DNA of 64,000 nt from an uncultured Actinomycetes bacterium (GTDB lineage Bacteria; Actinomycetota; Thermoleophilia; Gaiellales; JAICJC01): assembly GCA_963729195.1 (NCBI GenBank), contig CAVSNF010000004.1, positions 25,958 through 89,957 on the forward strand, in the 5' to 3' direction. Position numbers and translations under genes: made by a program. Of the stretch, positions 1 to 9,820 are shown one piece after another (positions within the stretch are counted from its first letter, which is position 1; each line of letters opens with the position of its first letter). The notes beneath the pieces were generated by a model, which saw only the letters and a list, made by a program, of their open reading frames with translations, made no database searches and was not told where the DNA came from.

Positions 1-335
1 TGGGCGACCGCCGCAAGCACCGGCCGTCCGAACTCTCCGGCGGGCAGCAGCAGCGGGTCGCGATCGCCCGCGCGCTGGCGTCACGGCCGACCGTGATGTT
101 CGCCGACGAGCCGACCGGCAACCTCGACTCTCACACGAGCGCCGAGATCCTGACGCTGCTGCGCGAGATGGTGACCACCTACGGACAGACCACCGTGATG
201 GTCACCCATGACGCCCACGCCGCGTCCATGGCCGATCGGCTGCTGTTCCTGGCCGACGGCAAGATCGTGCGAGATCAGGGCCGGGCAGAGCCGGGCGACG
301 TGCTGGCGGCGATGGCGGAGGTCAGCGCACTGTGA
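1..335 (+). CDS. ABC transporter ATP-binding protein, C-terminal part (5' end outside window)
   Basis: Frame 3 reads ...[33 protein letters not shown]... (ABC signature plus Walker B). Stop TGA 333-335 overlaps the start of the downstream FtsX-type permease. Confidence 0.88.
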   Translation, partial: GDRRKHRPSELSGGQQQRVAIARALASRPTVMFADEPTGNLDSHTSAEILTLLREMVTTYGQTTVMVTHDAHAASMADRLLFLADGKIVRDQGRAEPGDVLAAMAEVSAL

Positions 336-3144
336 TGCAGGTCGCCCTCCGCGGGTTGTGGGGCCGCAAGCTGCGCACTGTCCTGACGGCGCTTTCGATC
401 ATCCTGGGCACGTCCATGATCACCGGCACCTTCATCCTCCGCGATCAGATCAACAACGCCTTCTCGAGCATCTTCCACGAAGGCAACCAGGGCATCGACG
501 TGGTGCTCTCCAAGAAGACCGCCTTCACGTCGGACAACGGTGCGGTGCCGGGGCCGCTGCCCGAGCGGTGATCGCGACCGCGGCCGGCGTCGACGGCGTG
601 AAGAAAGCCGAGGGGCAGATCCAGGCCACCGGTTCGATCGTGGTGGACGGCAAGTACGTGACCGGCAGCGGCGGCGCGCCGAACCTGGTGTTCTCGTACG
701 TGACCGAGCCGTTCTCGAACTCTCAGTTCACCAGCGGCGGGCCGCCCACCGAGGGCTCGGTTGCCGTCAACCAGAAGCTCGCCAACGACGAGCATCTGAA
801 GGTCGGCCAACAGCTCCAGATCGCCACCGACAAGGGCGTGGTGGCTGCCAGGTTGTCCGGCATCTTCAAGCTGTCGGGGGTGTCGTCGATCGGCGGCGCG
901 ACCCTGGTGGTGCCGACCTTCAAGGACGCTCAGCGCTGGTTCGACCGTATCGGCAGAACGTCGGTGGTGTATCTCCAGGCCGAGCCGGGAGTGACACCCA
1001 CCGAGCTGAAAAAGCGCGTGGTGGCGGCGGTGCCGAGCGATGTCAAGGTGCAGACCGGCGAGCAGAACGCCGACGAGCAGACCCAAAACGTCGAGAGCTC
1101 CACCAGCTTCATCACCTATGCCTTGCTGGCGTTTGCCGGCGCAGCGGTGTTCGTCGGCCTCTTCATCATCTTCAACACCTTCTCGATCACCGTCGCCCAG
1201 CGCATCAGGGAGTTCGCCATGCTGCGCACCCTGGGCGCCAGCCGCCGGCAGGTGCTGCGATCGGTGCTGATCGAGGCCGGCCTGATGGGGCTGGTGGCGT
1301 CGGTGCTCGGAATCGGACTGGGCGTCCTGCTCGCCATCGGCCTCAACGCGCTCTTCAAGGCGATCGGTGTCGATCTGCCCACAGCTCCGATCTCGATCCC
1401 GCTGGTCAACGCGGTGCTGCTGCCGCTGGCAGTCGGCGTGGGCGCCGCGCTGATCGCATCGATAGCCCCCGCGATCCGCGCGACCAGGGTTCCGCCGATC
1501 GCCGCGCTGCGCGAAGGGTTCGTGCTGCCGCCGGGCCGGCTGGCGCCGTATGTGCCCTACATCGGGCTGGCCACAGCCCTGCTCGGAGTTGGGCTGATCG
1601 CCTATGCGATCAGTGCCGGCGGCGGCGGCAGCCGGGTGCTCTTGACGATGGCTGCGGGGGCGGTCATCGCGTTCCTCGGGGTCGCGATGCTCTCGCGGAT
1701 CCTGATCACGCCGATGGCGGCGGTGCTGGGAATCGGCCTGCAGGGTCTGCTCTGGTTCTGGCGGCTGCTGGGCCGGTTGCGAGACAAGGTGCCTCTGCTG
1801 GGTCGCTTCGTCCGCTGGCTCGGGTATGTGCTCACCCTGGGGTGCGTATGGATCGGCATCATCACGATCGTGGTGATGGCGATCATTCTGATCAGCTCGG
1901 GCGCGAGCGCTGGTGGTGCGGTGGGGGCACTGGTGGTGCTCGCCATCGGGGGAGCGCTGACGGTGTTTCTGTGGATTCGACGGCCGCGGGATTGGCCGTG
2001 GGATCCCGCTTCGCCGACGGCAGGGCGCCTGGCCCGCGAGAACACCGCCCGCAACCCCGGTCGCACGGCGGTGACCTCCGCCGCACTCATGATCGGGGTG
2101 GCGCTGATCGTGTTCGTGGCGACCTTCGTGAACGGCTTCAAGGACTCGTTCCTGGGCGCGATCGATCGATCGATCACAAGCGATTTGATCATCCAGGGCC
2201 AGAACTTCGGATCAGTCCCCGCAGCTGCCGTGGAGGCCGCCAATCAGGTGCCGGGGGTGAAGACCGCCTCGGGCCTGCAGTTCACCGAGGCAAAGATCAA
2301 CAATGGCGGCACGGACGTCGTCAACGGCGTCGATCCGGCGTCTTTCTCGCAGGTGTACAAGTTCGACTGGCTGAACGGCGGCTCAAACAGCCAGCTGACC
2401 AACCTGGGGTCGGATCAAGCGCTGATCGAGGAGCAGTTCGCCAAGTCCCACGACCTGTCGACGGGCGACTCGTTCACGCTCACCGGAATCGACGGCAACA
2501 AGCTCCACCTGGAAGTCGCCGGCGAGTACAAGGACCCCAATCTGATGACCGGCCTGATCATCCCGTCGACCACGTTCGACAAGTTCGCCCCCGGCAACAA
2601 GGATCCGGGGATCGTGCTGGTCGAGTTCGACCAAGGCCCTCAGGGCGACCACGCCAAACAGGCGATCACCCAGGCGCTCAAGTCGTTCCCCGGCGCCAAG
2701 GTGCAGACCAACGCCGAGTACAAGGCCGACGCTGAGAGCTTCGTCAACGGCCTTCTGCAACTCCTCTATGTCCTGCTCGCCATGTGCCTGATCATCTCGC
2801 TGATCGGCATCGTCAACACGCTTGCCCTCTCGGTGTTCGAGCGCACCCGCGAGATCGGCACCCTGCGGGCTGTCGGGATGACCCGCCGCCAGCTGCGCCG
2901 CGTGATCCGCTACGAGTCGACGATCACCGCCATCATCGGCGGAGTGTTCGGGATCGCTGTGGGGCTGCTGTTCGGGTGGATCGTCGCCCGGGGCCTGGCC
3001 GACCAGGGCCTGGTGTTCGTGGTGCCCTACACCCAGCTCTTCTGGTTCTTCGTCGTCGCCACCGTGTTCGGTGTGCTGGCGGCGATCCTGCCCGCCCGCC
3101 GAGCCGCCAAGCTGAACGTGCTCGACGCCCTCCAGTACGAGTAG
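332..3144 (+). CDS. ABC transporter permease, MacB/FtsX type with two FtsX halves; apparent frameshift near 565
   Basis: ORF 332..571 ([26 protein letters not shown]...) continues in the frame of ORF 208..3144 (VIATAAGVDGVKK...). Two FtsX-like TM blocks (LRTLGASRRQVL and LRAVGMTRRQLR). Start overlaps the upstream ATPase stop. Confidence 0.8.
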
Positions 3145-3175
3145 GTGAATAACGGTGCCTGGCACCGTTATTCAC
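3145..3175. repeat. Palindromic element copy 1: GTGAATAACGGTGCC-T-GGCACCGTTATTCAC (perfect 15-1-15)
   Basis: Read directly. Begins the base after the permease TAG stop (3142-3144). Same sequence recurs at 8 other positions. Confidence 0.95.
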
Positions 3176-3214
3176 CTCGGAGTACGACAGGCGGCCTCAA
3201 TATGATCCGCGAGC

Positions 3215-4231
3215 ATGATCGACTGGCTCCAGCAGTTGTGGGACACGCTCACCGCGATCTCCCTGCCGATCCTGATTCTGGGGATCACGTTTCAGACTGC
3301 GCAGACGCTTCTGGTGGCGCTCGCGTGGCGAAACATCCTGCGCGCCGCCTACCCTGACAGCAACGTCACCTACCGCCCGATCATGGGCTACTACGCCGGC
3401 GGGAACGGGCTGAACGCGATCCTGCCGGCATCGGCAGGCACCGTGGCGATGCTGGGGCTGTTTCGCACGTCGATCAAGGGATCGACCGTGGCCGGAGTGC
3501 TGGGCGCCACCGTGGTCGAAAACATCTTCTTCGGGATCATGGGCTTCATCGTGTACCTGTGGCTCTTCCTGGGCGTGGCCGGATCGTTCGACGTCAAGCT
3601 GGGATGGTTCTCGGAGCACTGGGGGCTCACGATCATCATCATCGTGGCCGGTGGCTTGCTGTGCTTCATCGTCGGCAAGATCCTGTGGCACAGGTTCCAA
3701 AAGACCTGGGAGAACGCCAAAGAGGGCGGCGCGATCGTCGCCGACCGCAAGAAGTTCATGACCCAGGTGGTCGGTGTGGAGGCGCTCTCCTACATCGCTC
3801 GGATGGGCGTGAACGCGACCTTCATGTACGCCTACGACATCCCGGTGTCGGTGACCAACGTGTTCCTGATCGTGGCCGCCTCCTCGATCTCGTCAACAGT
3901 GGCCGTGGCGCCGGGGGCGGTGGGCGCCCAGACCGCGCTCGCCCAGGTGGTGCTGGCGCCGGTGGCATCGGCAAGCGCCATCACCACCTATACGGTCGGC
4001 CAGGCGCTGATCACCACCGCCTGGAACGCCGCCTTCGGCCTCACCATGCTGGCCCGCACGATCGGCTGGAAGGACACCAAGGCACTGATTCATGTCAAGA
4101 AGAAGAAGGAGGGCGGGGATGTCCACGCCGCAGCCGGCGATGCCGGTGCCGTGCCGGTGACCAATCCCCCGCCCGACGCCAACCAGCCCCGCTGGCATGG
4201 GTTCCGCCGCCACCGCCACAAGGACGAGTGA
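3215..4231 (+). CDS. Polytopic membrane protein, UPF0104 / lysylphosphatidylglycerol-synthase TM-region (flippase-like) family
   Basis: Intact 338-aa ORF with multiple hydrophobic helices and a lysine-rich C-terminal tail. Resembles the C-terminal domain of the convergent gene 4245..6675. Confidence 0.65.
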   Translation: MIDWLQQLWDTLTAISLPILILGITFQTAQTLLVALAWRNILRAAYPDSNVTYRPIMGYYAGGNGLNAILPASAGTVAMLGLFRTSIKGSTVAGVLGATVVENIFFGIMGFIVYLWLFLGVAGSFDVKLGWFSEHWGLTIIIIVAGGLLCFIVGKILWHRFQKTWENAKEGGAIVADRKKFMTQVVGVEALSYIARMGVNATFMYAYDIPVSVTNVFLIVAASSISSTVAVAPGAVGAQTALAQVVLAPVASASAITTYTVGQALITTAWNAAFGLTMLARTIGWKDTKALIHVKKKKEGGDVHAAAGDAGAVPVTNPPPDANQPRWHGFRRHRHKDE

Positions 4232-4244
4232 CGCGAGCCGACCG

Positions 4245-6675
4245 TTACAGGTAGTTGTGCTGGGTGAGCCAGCGCATGGCGAAGAATCCCCACAGCGGCG
4301 GCAGATAGAACGTGCACACGCGGTAGATCAGCGCCGTTGCCAGCGCCGCCTCCTCCGACATGCCCGCGCCGGTCAGCCCCACCGTGAGCCCAAACTCGGT
4401 CACGCCGATGCCGCCGGGCACCGGGATGAAGCTCGCAAACAGTGACACGCTGAGGTTGATCACCAGCAGGTCGGCGAGCGAGATGTCGGCTCCGAGTCCG
4501 CGCGCGATGCATCCCAGCGCGATCGCAAACAGCACCTCGGTGGCGAGGTTGCCGCCCATCAGCATCGCCAGCTTGTGCGAGCCGCGCAGCGACGAGAGGG
4601 TCGTTCGCACCTGCGGCCACCACTTGTGCACGCGGCTCGTGATCTGCCGCCGCAGTCGGGGCACCAGGGTGAATACGAGGATGTTGATGACCGCCAGCGC
4701 GACCAGGATGAACAGCAGCTTTTTGGCGCCTTCGGTGGGGATGTTGAAGTCGACCGACACGTCGGATTGCGAGAAGATCAGCAGCAGCACCAGCAGAATC
4801 GCCTGCAGCACGTTGCCGGCGAAGGAGTCGATCGCGCCGGAGGTGACGGCTGAGGCCGGCGGCACGCCCAGCCGCTGGAAGAAGCGGATGTTCACGGCCA
4901 TGCGGGCGAAGTTGGACGGCAACGCCAGGTTCATGTAGCTGGTCGCCAGCTGCATCGCGTACACCGGCCCGAACGGGAGCTCGGCGGCCACCGAGCCCAT
5001 GGTCGAAAGCGATTGGGTCAGGCGCGGGGTCTGGGCGATCACAAAGCCCAGCGCGATCCACGCCCAGGTGGCATCCTGCAGGCTCTCGCGCAGCTGATCC
5101 ACGTCGACCCCGCTGACCGCCCCGATCACGGTGGTGGTGGCAAGCACCAACAGCGCCAGCTGGATCATCGACCCCCACGTCACTCGCCGCAGCTTGGCCA
5201 GCTGCGGCGGCTCGGCCCCCGCCAACTCGGTCGCGTCCTGCCGCAGCTTGTTGAGATCGACCTCCGCAGTCTTCAGCTGACGGCGCAGCGTCGTCCCGAT
5301 GGCGGCGGCCTGGAGATAGGGCAGCAGAGTGGTGATGCCGTCGGCACCGAGCGACTGGTGGGCTGCCTGCAACGCCCGCTCGGGGGTGGTCAGAGCGGCT
5401 GTGGTCGCGAGCAGGCGGGCATGGTCGGTCGCGATCTGCTCCTCCGAAGGGCGCCACGCTGGCCGCCTCGAAGTCGATCAGCCCGACCACGCCGTCGCGC
5501 ACGACCACGGTGCGGGGGCCGATGCGAACGTGAGCGATGCTCGCCCGGCCGAGCATGCTCACCGTCTGCCAGCACTCGCGCAGCAGTCCGTCGTCCAGCT
5601 CCTCGGCAGACAGATCACCGATGGGGCGACCGTTGCCGCGCAGTACCAGCAGCGCATCGTCATAGCCCGACGACCCCGCCGTCACCACCTGGCGGGTGGG
5701 CACGCCGGCGTTCTCGGCCAGCAGCGTGACGAAGGCCTCGTGCTCCACCGCCTGGGAACGGCTCGCCCGCAACCCGGGGCCAGAATCGCGGTACCACAGG
5801 GTGCGCCACAACTTCTCGACCAACTGGTTGTCGTAGGCGTCGCGGCCGTACACCTTGACCACCAGCGGCATGCCGTCGGGATCACGCCCACGGGCCACGA
5901 ACGCTCCGGTGTCGCCGCGATCGACCCGCTCCAGGTCGCTCGCCGGGACGCCCAGCTGCTTGAGCCCGTCCGACACCTCGTCCAGCTCGGGGTAGCCGGC
6001 CGACGTGCCGAACGCGAGCCGGATCGCGGTGGCAGCGATGACCGCAATCAGCAGTGCCGCCACGGTGCCGCCGGGGTTGACGTTGTCGGCGAAGAACGCA
6101 GACAACGCCCCGAGCAAAAACAGCCAGCGGGTCAGCCGCTGCAGCGGGCGAGTCAGGTGAGGCGAGATCGCGAGCACCACCACCGCGCTTTGCACCACCC
6201 GCACCGCCGGCAGGTTCTTGCCGCTGAACTCGCCACCGATGACCGCGCTCAGCTCCGGCCAGCTGCCGGATGCGATCCGCGAGACGACGAACGCGAGCAC
6301 CACCGCCAGTGCCAGCGAGGCCAGCGCCTGGCCGAGCACGATCCGCCTGCGACGGGCCAGCGCGGTGATCACGAGGATCACCGCCCACAGCGTCAGCAGG
6401 TCGAAGAAGAACGCCCACACCGGATCGAGGAACGACGGTGCGCTACTGAGAAACGTGGCCAGCGGGGTGGACGCGTCGCCTACCGGGAACGCGATCACGA
6501 TCGCCGCCAGAGCGATCACCGACGGCGCCAGCAGCAGCACGTCGGATGCCCGGCGGGACCGTGGCTGTCCCGGCGACGAGGAGTACACGCGGATTCCGTG
6601 CCGGAATACTCCAGGGGTTACCAGAACACCGCGCGGTGCGCGTGCGGGGTCGGCAGAGCCGGCCTGGTCGGTCAT
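4245..6675 (-). CDS. Fusion membrane protein: N-terminal TM region + protein-kinase-like domain + C-terminal UPF0104 (flippase-like) domain; apparent frameshift near 5455
   Basis: ORF 4090..6675 N-terminal 400 aa (TM helices, then ...PLVVKVYGRDAYDNQLVEKLW...GLIDFEAAS) joins ORF 4245..5372 (UPF0104-like TM domain). The alternative frame at the junction reads ...SEEQIATDHARLLATT... without a stop. Confidence 0.65.
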
Positions 6676-6774
6676 GAGGTGGAGTATGCAGACCGGTCAA
6701 GACGGCGCCCCGAATGCCGAACGCCCCCGGACGCTGGTGCGGCCGGGGGCGTTCGACGGGGAAACGGCGGCGAT

Positions 6775-6945
6775 TTAAGAGAGGAAGCCGATGACCGTCT
6801 GGATGGTGTTTTGAATCGAGCCGGTGAGCAGAAGCAGAGTGGCCAGCACAGCGAGCGTGATGACCGTCATCAGCACTGCGTATTCCGCAGTCGTCTGACC
6901 TGACTCCCGACCCGACCCAGCAACGGTGTGCGTTACCTGCTGCAT
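6775..6945 (-). CDS. flp: Flp/Fap family type IVb pilin (56 aa; below the ORF-track length cutoff)
   Basis: Hand translation: MQQVTHTVAGSGRESGQTTAEYAVLMTVITLAVLATLLLLTGSIQNTIQTVIGFLS*. Contains the Flp prepilin G/xxxxEY motif followed by a hydrophobic helix. GGAG lies about 11 nt upstream of the ATG. Confidence 0.7.
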   Translation of the reverse strand: MQQVTHTVAGSGRESGQTTAEYAVLMTVITLAVLATLLLLTGSIQNTIQTVIGFLS

Positions 6946-7036
6946 GATGAAAGAACTCCTACCGGATTGGTGTACTTCGAACGTACGCCAAAATCGCAGC
7001 TCCGCAAGACCCGACGGGCGAAATGCTTGTCCCCGG

Positions 7037-7475
7037 TTACGGCGCCGGCGTGAGGCCGTGGCGCACCATCACCGCTGCCATGGCGGCGGGATCCGGCGGG
7101 CCGCCCGCTGCCCGCACCAGGTCGGCCAGCTCGCGGAAGTAGTCCGGGCCCGAGAATCCCGGGGGTCACGATCGCCAGTGCAGTTGCGTCGGAGTCGTGC
7201 GTGTTCTCGAAGTGGTGCACAGCTCCACGGGGGATGCACAGCACCTCACCTTGGGCGACGTCGGTGACGGTTCCCTCGACCGTCCAGGTGAGCACGCCCT
7301 CGAGCCCGTAGATGGTCTCCTCGTAGCCGTCGTGGCTGTGTGCGATCGGCACCCGTGCGCCGGCGGGCACGTCGAACTCGAATACCGCCACCGATTCCGC
7401 GGAGGCCGCGCCCTCGAGCAGGAATCGAATCGACAGCTGACCCAGATTGATCTCTTCGTGTGTTCCGGTGCTCAT
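7037..7475 (-). CDS. Cupin domain protein; apparent +1 frameshift near 7150
   Basis: ORF 6933..7475 N-terminus (…PIAHSHDGYEETIYGLEGVL…IPRGAVHHFEN…) is cupin-like. After ...AIVTPGILGP the shifted frame reads DYFRELADLVRAAGGPPDPAAMAAVMVRHGLTPAP* (stop 7037-7039). Confidence 0.7.
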
Positions 7476-7496
7476 GGCGTCCCCTTCGTCCAGATG

Positions 7497-7550
7497 GTAA
7501 AGTCACTTGACTGTACATGACCGAAGACACTTCGTCAAGTCATTTTACTG
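7497..7550. promoter_or_regulatory. Candidate MarR operator: imperfect inverted repeat GTAAAGTCACTTGAC ... GTCAAGTCATTTTAC
   Basis: 13/15 complementary arms at 7497-7511 and 7536-7550. They lie in the divergent cupin/MarR intergenic region and overlap the annotated MarR start. Confidence 0.3.
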
Positions 7551-7993
7551 AATCTGCGATCTCGAGCGAGCCCTTCGGCCCGCCGCTGATCGGCGCGCTG
7601 CTGCGGATACCGCTCGATGCCGTGCGACGACGGATGCTGGAGCGACTGCACGAGCACGGGTTCGACGACCTCGACCCGGCCCACCTGACCGTCCTGCAGT
7701 ACCCCGGCCCCCAGGGCATGCGACCGTCCGACCTGGCGGTGCAGCTGCGCATCAGCAAGCAGGCACTCAACTACCTGCTGGGACAGCTCGAGAGCGGCGG
7801 ATACCTCGAGCGCCGACCCGACCCCGACGATCTGCGCTCCAAGCGGATCGTGCTCACCAAACGCGGCACCAAGGTCGCCCACGTGATTCGCGAGGCGGTG
7901 GCCGAGATGGAAGCGACCTGGTCGAAGCAGCTCGGCCGGGAGCGCTTCGAGCGCCTGCGCGGGCTACTGCTCGAGCTCAACCAGCTCGTGTAG
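7517..7993 (+). CDS. MarR family transcriptional regulator
   Basis: Intact 158-aa ORF with a winged-helix region (...PSDLAVQLRISKQALNYLLGQLESGGYLERRPDPDDLRSKRIVLTKRG...). Divergent from the cupin gene. Confidence 0.85.
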   Translation: MTEDTSSSHFTESAISSEPFGPPLIGALLRIPLDAVRRRMLERLHEHGFDDLDPAHLTVLQYPGPQGMRPSDLAVQLRISKQALNYLLGQLESGGYLERRPDPDDLRSKRIVLTKRGTKVAHVIREAVAEMEATWSKQLGRERFERLRGLLLELNQLV

Positions 7994-8015
7994 CGGCATC
8001 GCATGGGACGGCAAG

Positions 8016-8088
8016 TGGGCGCAACAGGGCTCGAACCTGTGACCTTCCGCGCGTGAAGCGGACGCTCTCCCAGCTGAGCTATGCGCCC
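8016..8088 (-). tRNA. tRNA-Val (anticodon CAC)
   Basis: Reverse complement GGGCGCATAGCTCAGCTGGGAGAGCGTCCGCTTCACGCGCGGAAGGTCACAGGTTCGAGCCCTGTTGCGCCCA folds as a 73-nt cloverleaf. Anticodon loop is TTCACGC. CCA is not encoded. Confidence 0.93.
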
Positions 8089-8145
8089 TGGGGTGCGCAC
8101 AGGATATCGCGACGGCCACCCCCGGGCGGAGGCACGAGCATTTGA

Positions 8146-9648
8146 TCATGCACCGCTCTCCGGAAGGACGCGACTCGGGAGGACGAGCCGCCGACCGGGT
8201 TGGTCACCGTCCCCAGGATCAAGCAGCGCATTGGTGCGCGTGAGCAGGTCGATTGCTGTCTCCATCGTTGACCAATCCATCTCTGCCACAAACAGCTGGG
8301 CGTATTCGAGGACGCGCACGAATGGTTGCGGGTTCTGGTTTCGGCTGAGTGCTCGGAGCGCATCGAGGTAGTTGTCCCGATACCCGGTCGGGATAATCAC
8401 TCGAGCCTGGTCGGCCGCCGCCAACTCCGCGTTCATCATCACCCGGGCGATCCGGCCGTTGCCGTCGTCAAACGGGTGGACCTCGGTCACGACGAACATC
8501 ATCACGGCCGCTCGCGCGAACGGGTCTGTGAGAGGCGCCACGCGCTCAAACCCCTCGCGCAGGGTTCCCTCCACCATCGCCGGGGCCACAAACGCTGTCC
8601 CACCGGCCCGATTCGGGAGTTCCTTGAACTCTCCGGGGTGAGCTTCAGGGCGCCCACCCATCAGCGTTGCGTGTCGCTCGCGCAGCAGCTCGACAAACTC
8701 CTCGTACGAGGACGGCGTACGCCGCATCTCGATGGGATCCGCAACGATCTCGTAGGTGCCTGTGATGTCGTGGGCATCAGCCGGCCGATTTGGGGGGATC
8801 ACACCGTCGAGGGCGATATGCGCGGCCTCCTCGATCGTAAACTCGGTTCCTTCGATGAAATTCGAGAAGTACGCCTCGAAGAAGGAGAGCAGGTGGGACG
8901 TGGCGGCGTCGATGTCGAGCGGTCGGGCGGTTGGAGAGAGCCCTGAGACATGGTGCGTCAGCAGTTCGAACAGCGCGATCCGCTCAGGGTCGTACGGGGC
9001 ACCAGCTTGGCGGCTACGAAGCACCGATGTCCGGGCGCCGATCCGGCGCGTCCCAAGCGCGGCGCCGATGAGCGGGTCAAGCACCTCCAACTCGCGCTCC
9101 AACCCAAGTTGTGGGGCGATCTCTCGCGCCTGCTCACGGTAGGCGTGTAGCCGATCCTCCCCCTGCGTTCGCACGATCCGGTCGAGCCAGAGTTCAAGCT
9201 CCTCGCGGTTGAGCGTGCGTGCAAGCCCCTTGGTCGCCCGGGAGGGCCGCAGGTTCTCCAAGAGCGCTCGAGGTGTCGCGCTCATCCACGCGGCGTCAGC
9301 AAGCTGGATGTCCGTTGGGTGGTGGCCGTGCCCACGCCTGGGGCGGACCGTCACCCCGGCAAGATTGAGATCGCGCGAGCGGGTCGGGTGCTCCACGAAG
9401 AGTTGTCCGCGCTCTGGCACGCCGCCCAAGTACGCGGACCGATCCGAGACGACCGCGTCGGGTATCACCCGTCCGACAATCCTGTGCAGGTTGCGCCGCA
9501 CCACCCGTTCCGGCTGCTCCGCGACGCGGTTCGTGTAGACCCCTGGCGCAAGGCGCATCAGCTCACCCCGGGCAGCCAGACGCGACACGGCGTTGTACTG
9601 GCCGACGGAGAAGACCAACTCGTCGTTATCACGCAGAATCTCAGCCAT
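8146..9648 (-). CDS. Fic-domain protein (probable AMPylase) with AbiEi-like N-terminal domain
   Basis: Intact 500-aa ORF. Fic core motif HPFDDGNGRIAR. Upstream SNFIEG matches the (S/T)xxxE(G/N) auto-inhibitory helix. N-terminus ...LAARGELMRLAPGVYTN... resembles AbiEi antitoxin wHTH domains. Confidence 0.85.
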   Translation of the reverse strand: MAEILRDNDELVFSVGQYNAVSRLAARGELMRLAPGVYTNRVAEQPERVVRRNLHRIVGRVIPDAVVSDRSAYLGGVPERGQLFVEHPTRSRDLNLAGVTVRPRRGHGHHPTDIQLADAAWMSATPRALLENLRPSRATKGLARTLNREELELWLDRIVRTQGEDRLHAYREQAREIAPQLGLERELEVLDPLIGAALGTRRIGARTSVLRSRQAGAPYDPERIALFELLTHHVSGLSPTARPLDIDAATSHLLSFFEAYFSNFIEGTEFTIEEAAHIALDGVIPPNRPADAHDITGTYEIVADPIEMRRTPSSYEEFVELLRERHATLMGGRPEAHPGEFKELPNRAGGTAFVAPAMVEGTLREGFERVAPLTDPFARAAVMMFVVTEVHPFDDGNGRIARVMMNAELAAADQARVIIPTGYRDNYLDALRALSRNQNPQPFVRVLEYAQLFVAEMDWSTMETAIDLLTRTNALLDPGDGDQPGRRLVLPSRVLPESGA

Positions 9649-9820
9649 GCTGAGAGATTATGCCATATAAGACGGGGTTGCGGAGATATTTTGTGGTTTA
9701 GTGAGCCTCAGTCCGTCCGTCAGAGGCTTCCGCTGCGCCGAGAGCACGTGTCAACGGGAGGGCGGCTAACAGTTGAGCCGCCGCGGTCGATCGGTTGGGT
9801 CGCATGGGGGACTCAGCCGG

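Noticed and set aside
8016-9700. A tRNA-Val-associated integrative island or prophage carrying the Fic gene.
   Set aside because: No integrase, excisionase or phage genes are present, and I could not find a direct repeat of the tRNA 3' end. It is a single cargo gene only, so I kept it as a low-key finding rather than a mobile-element call.
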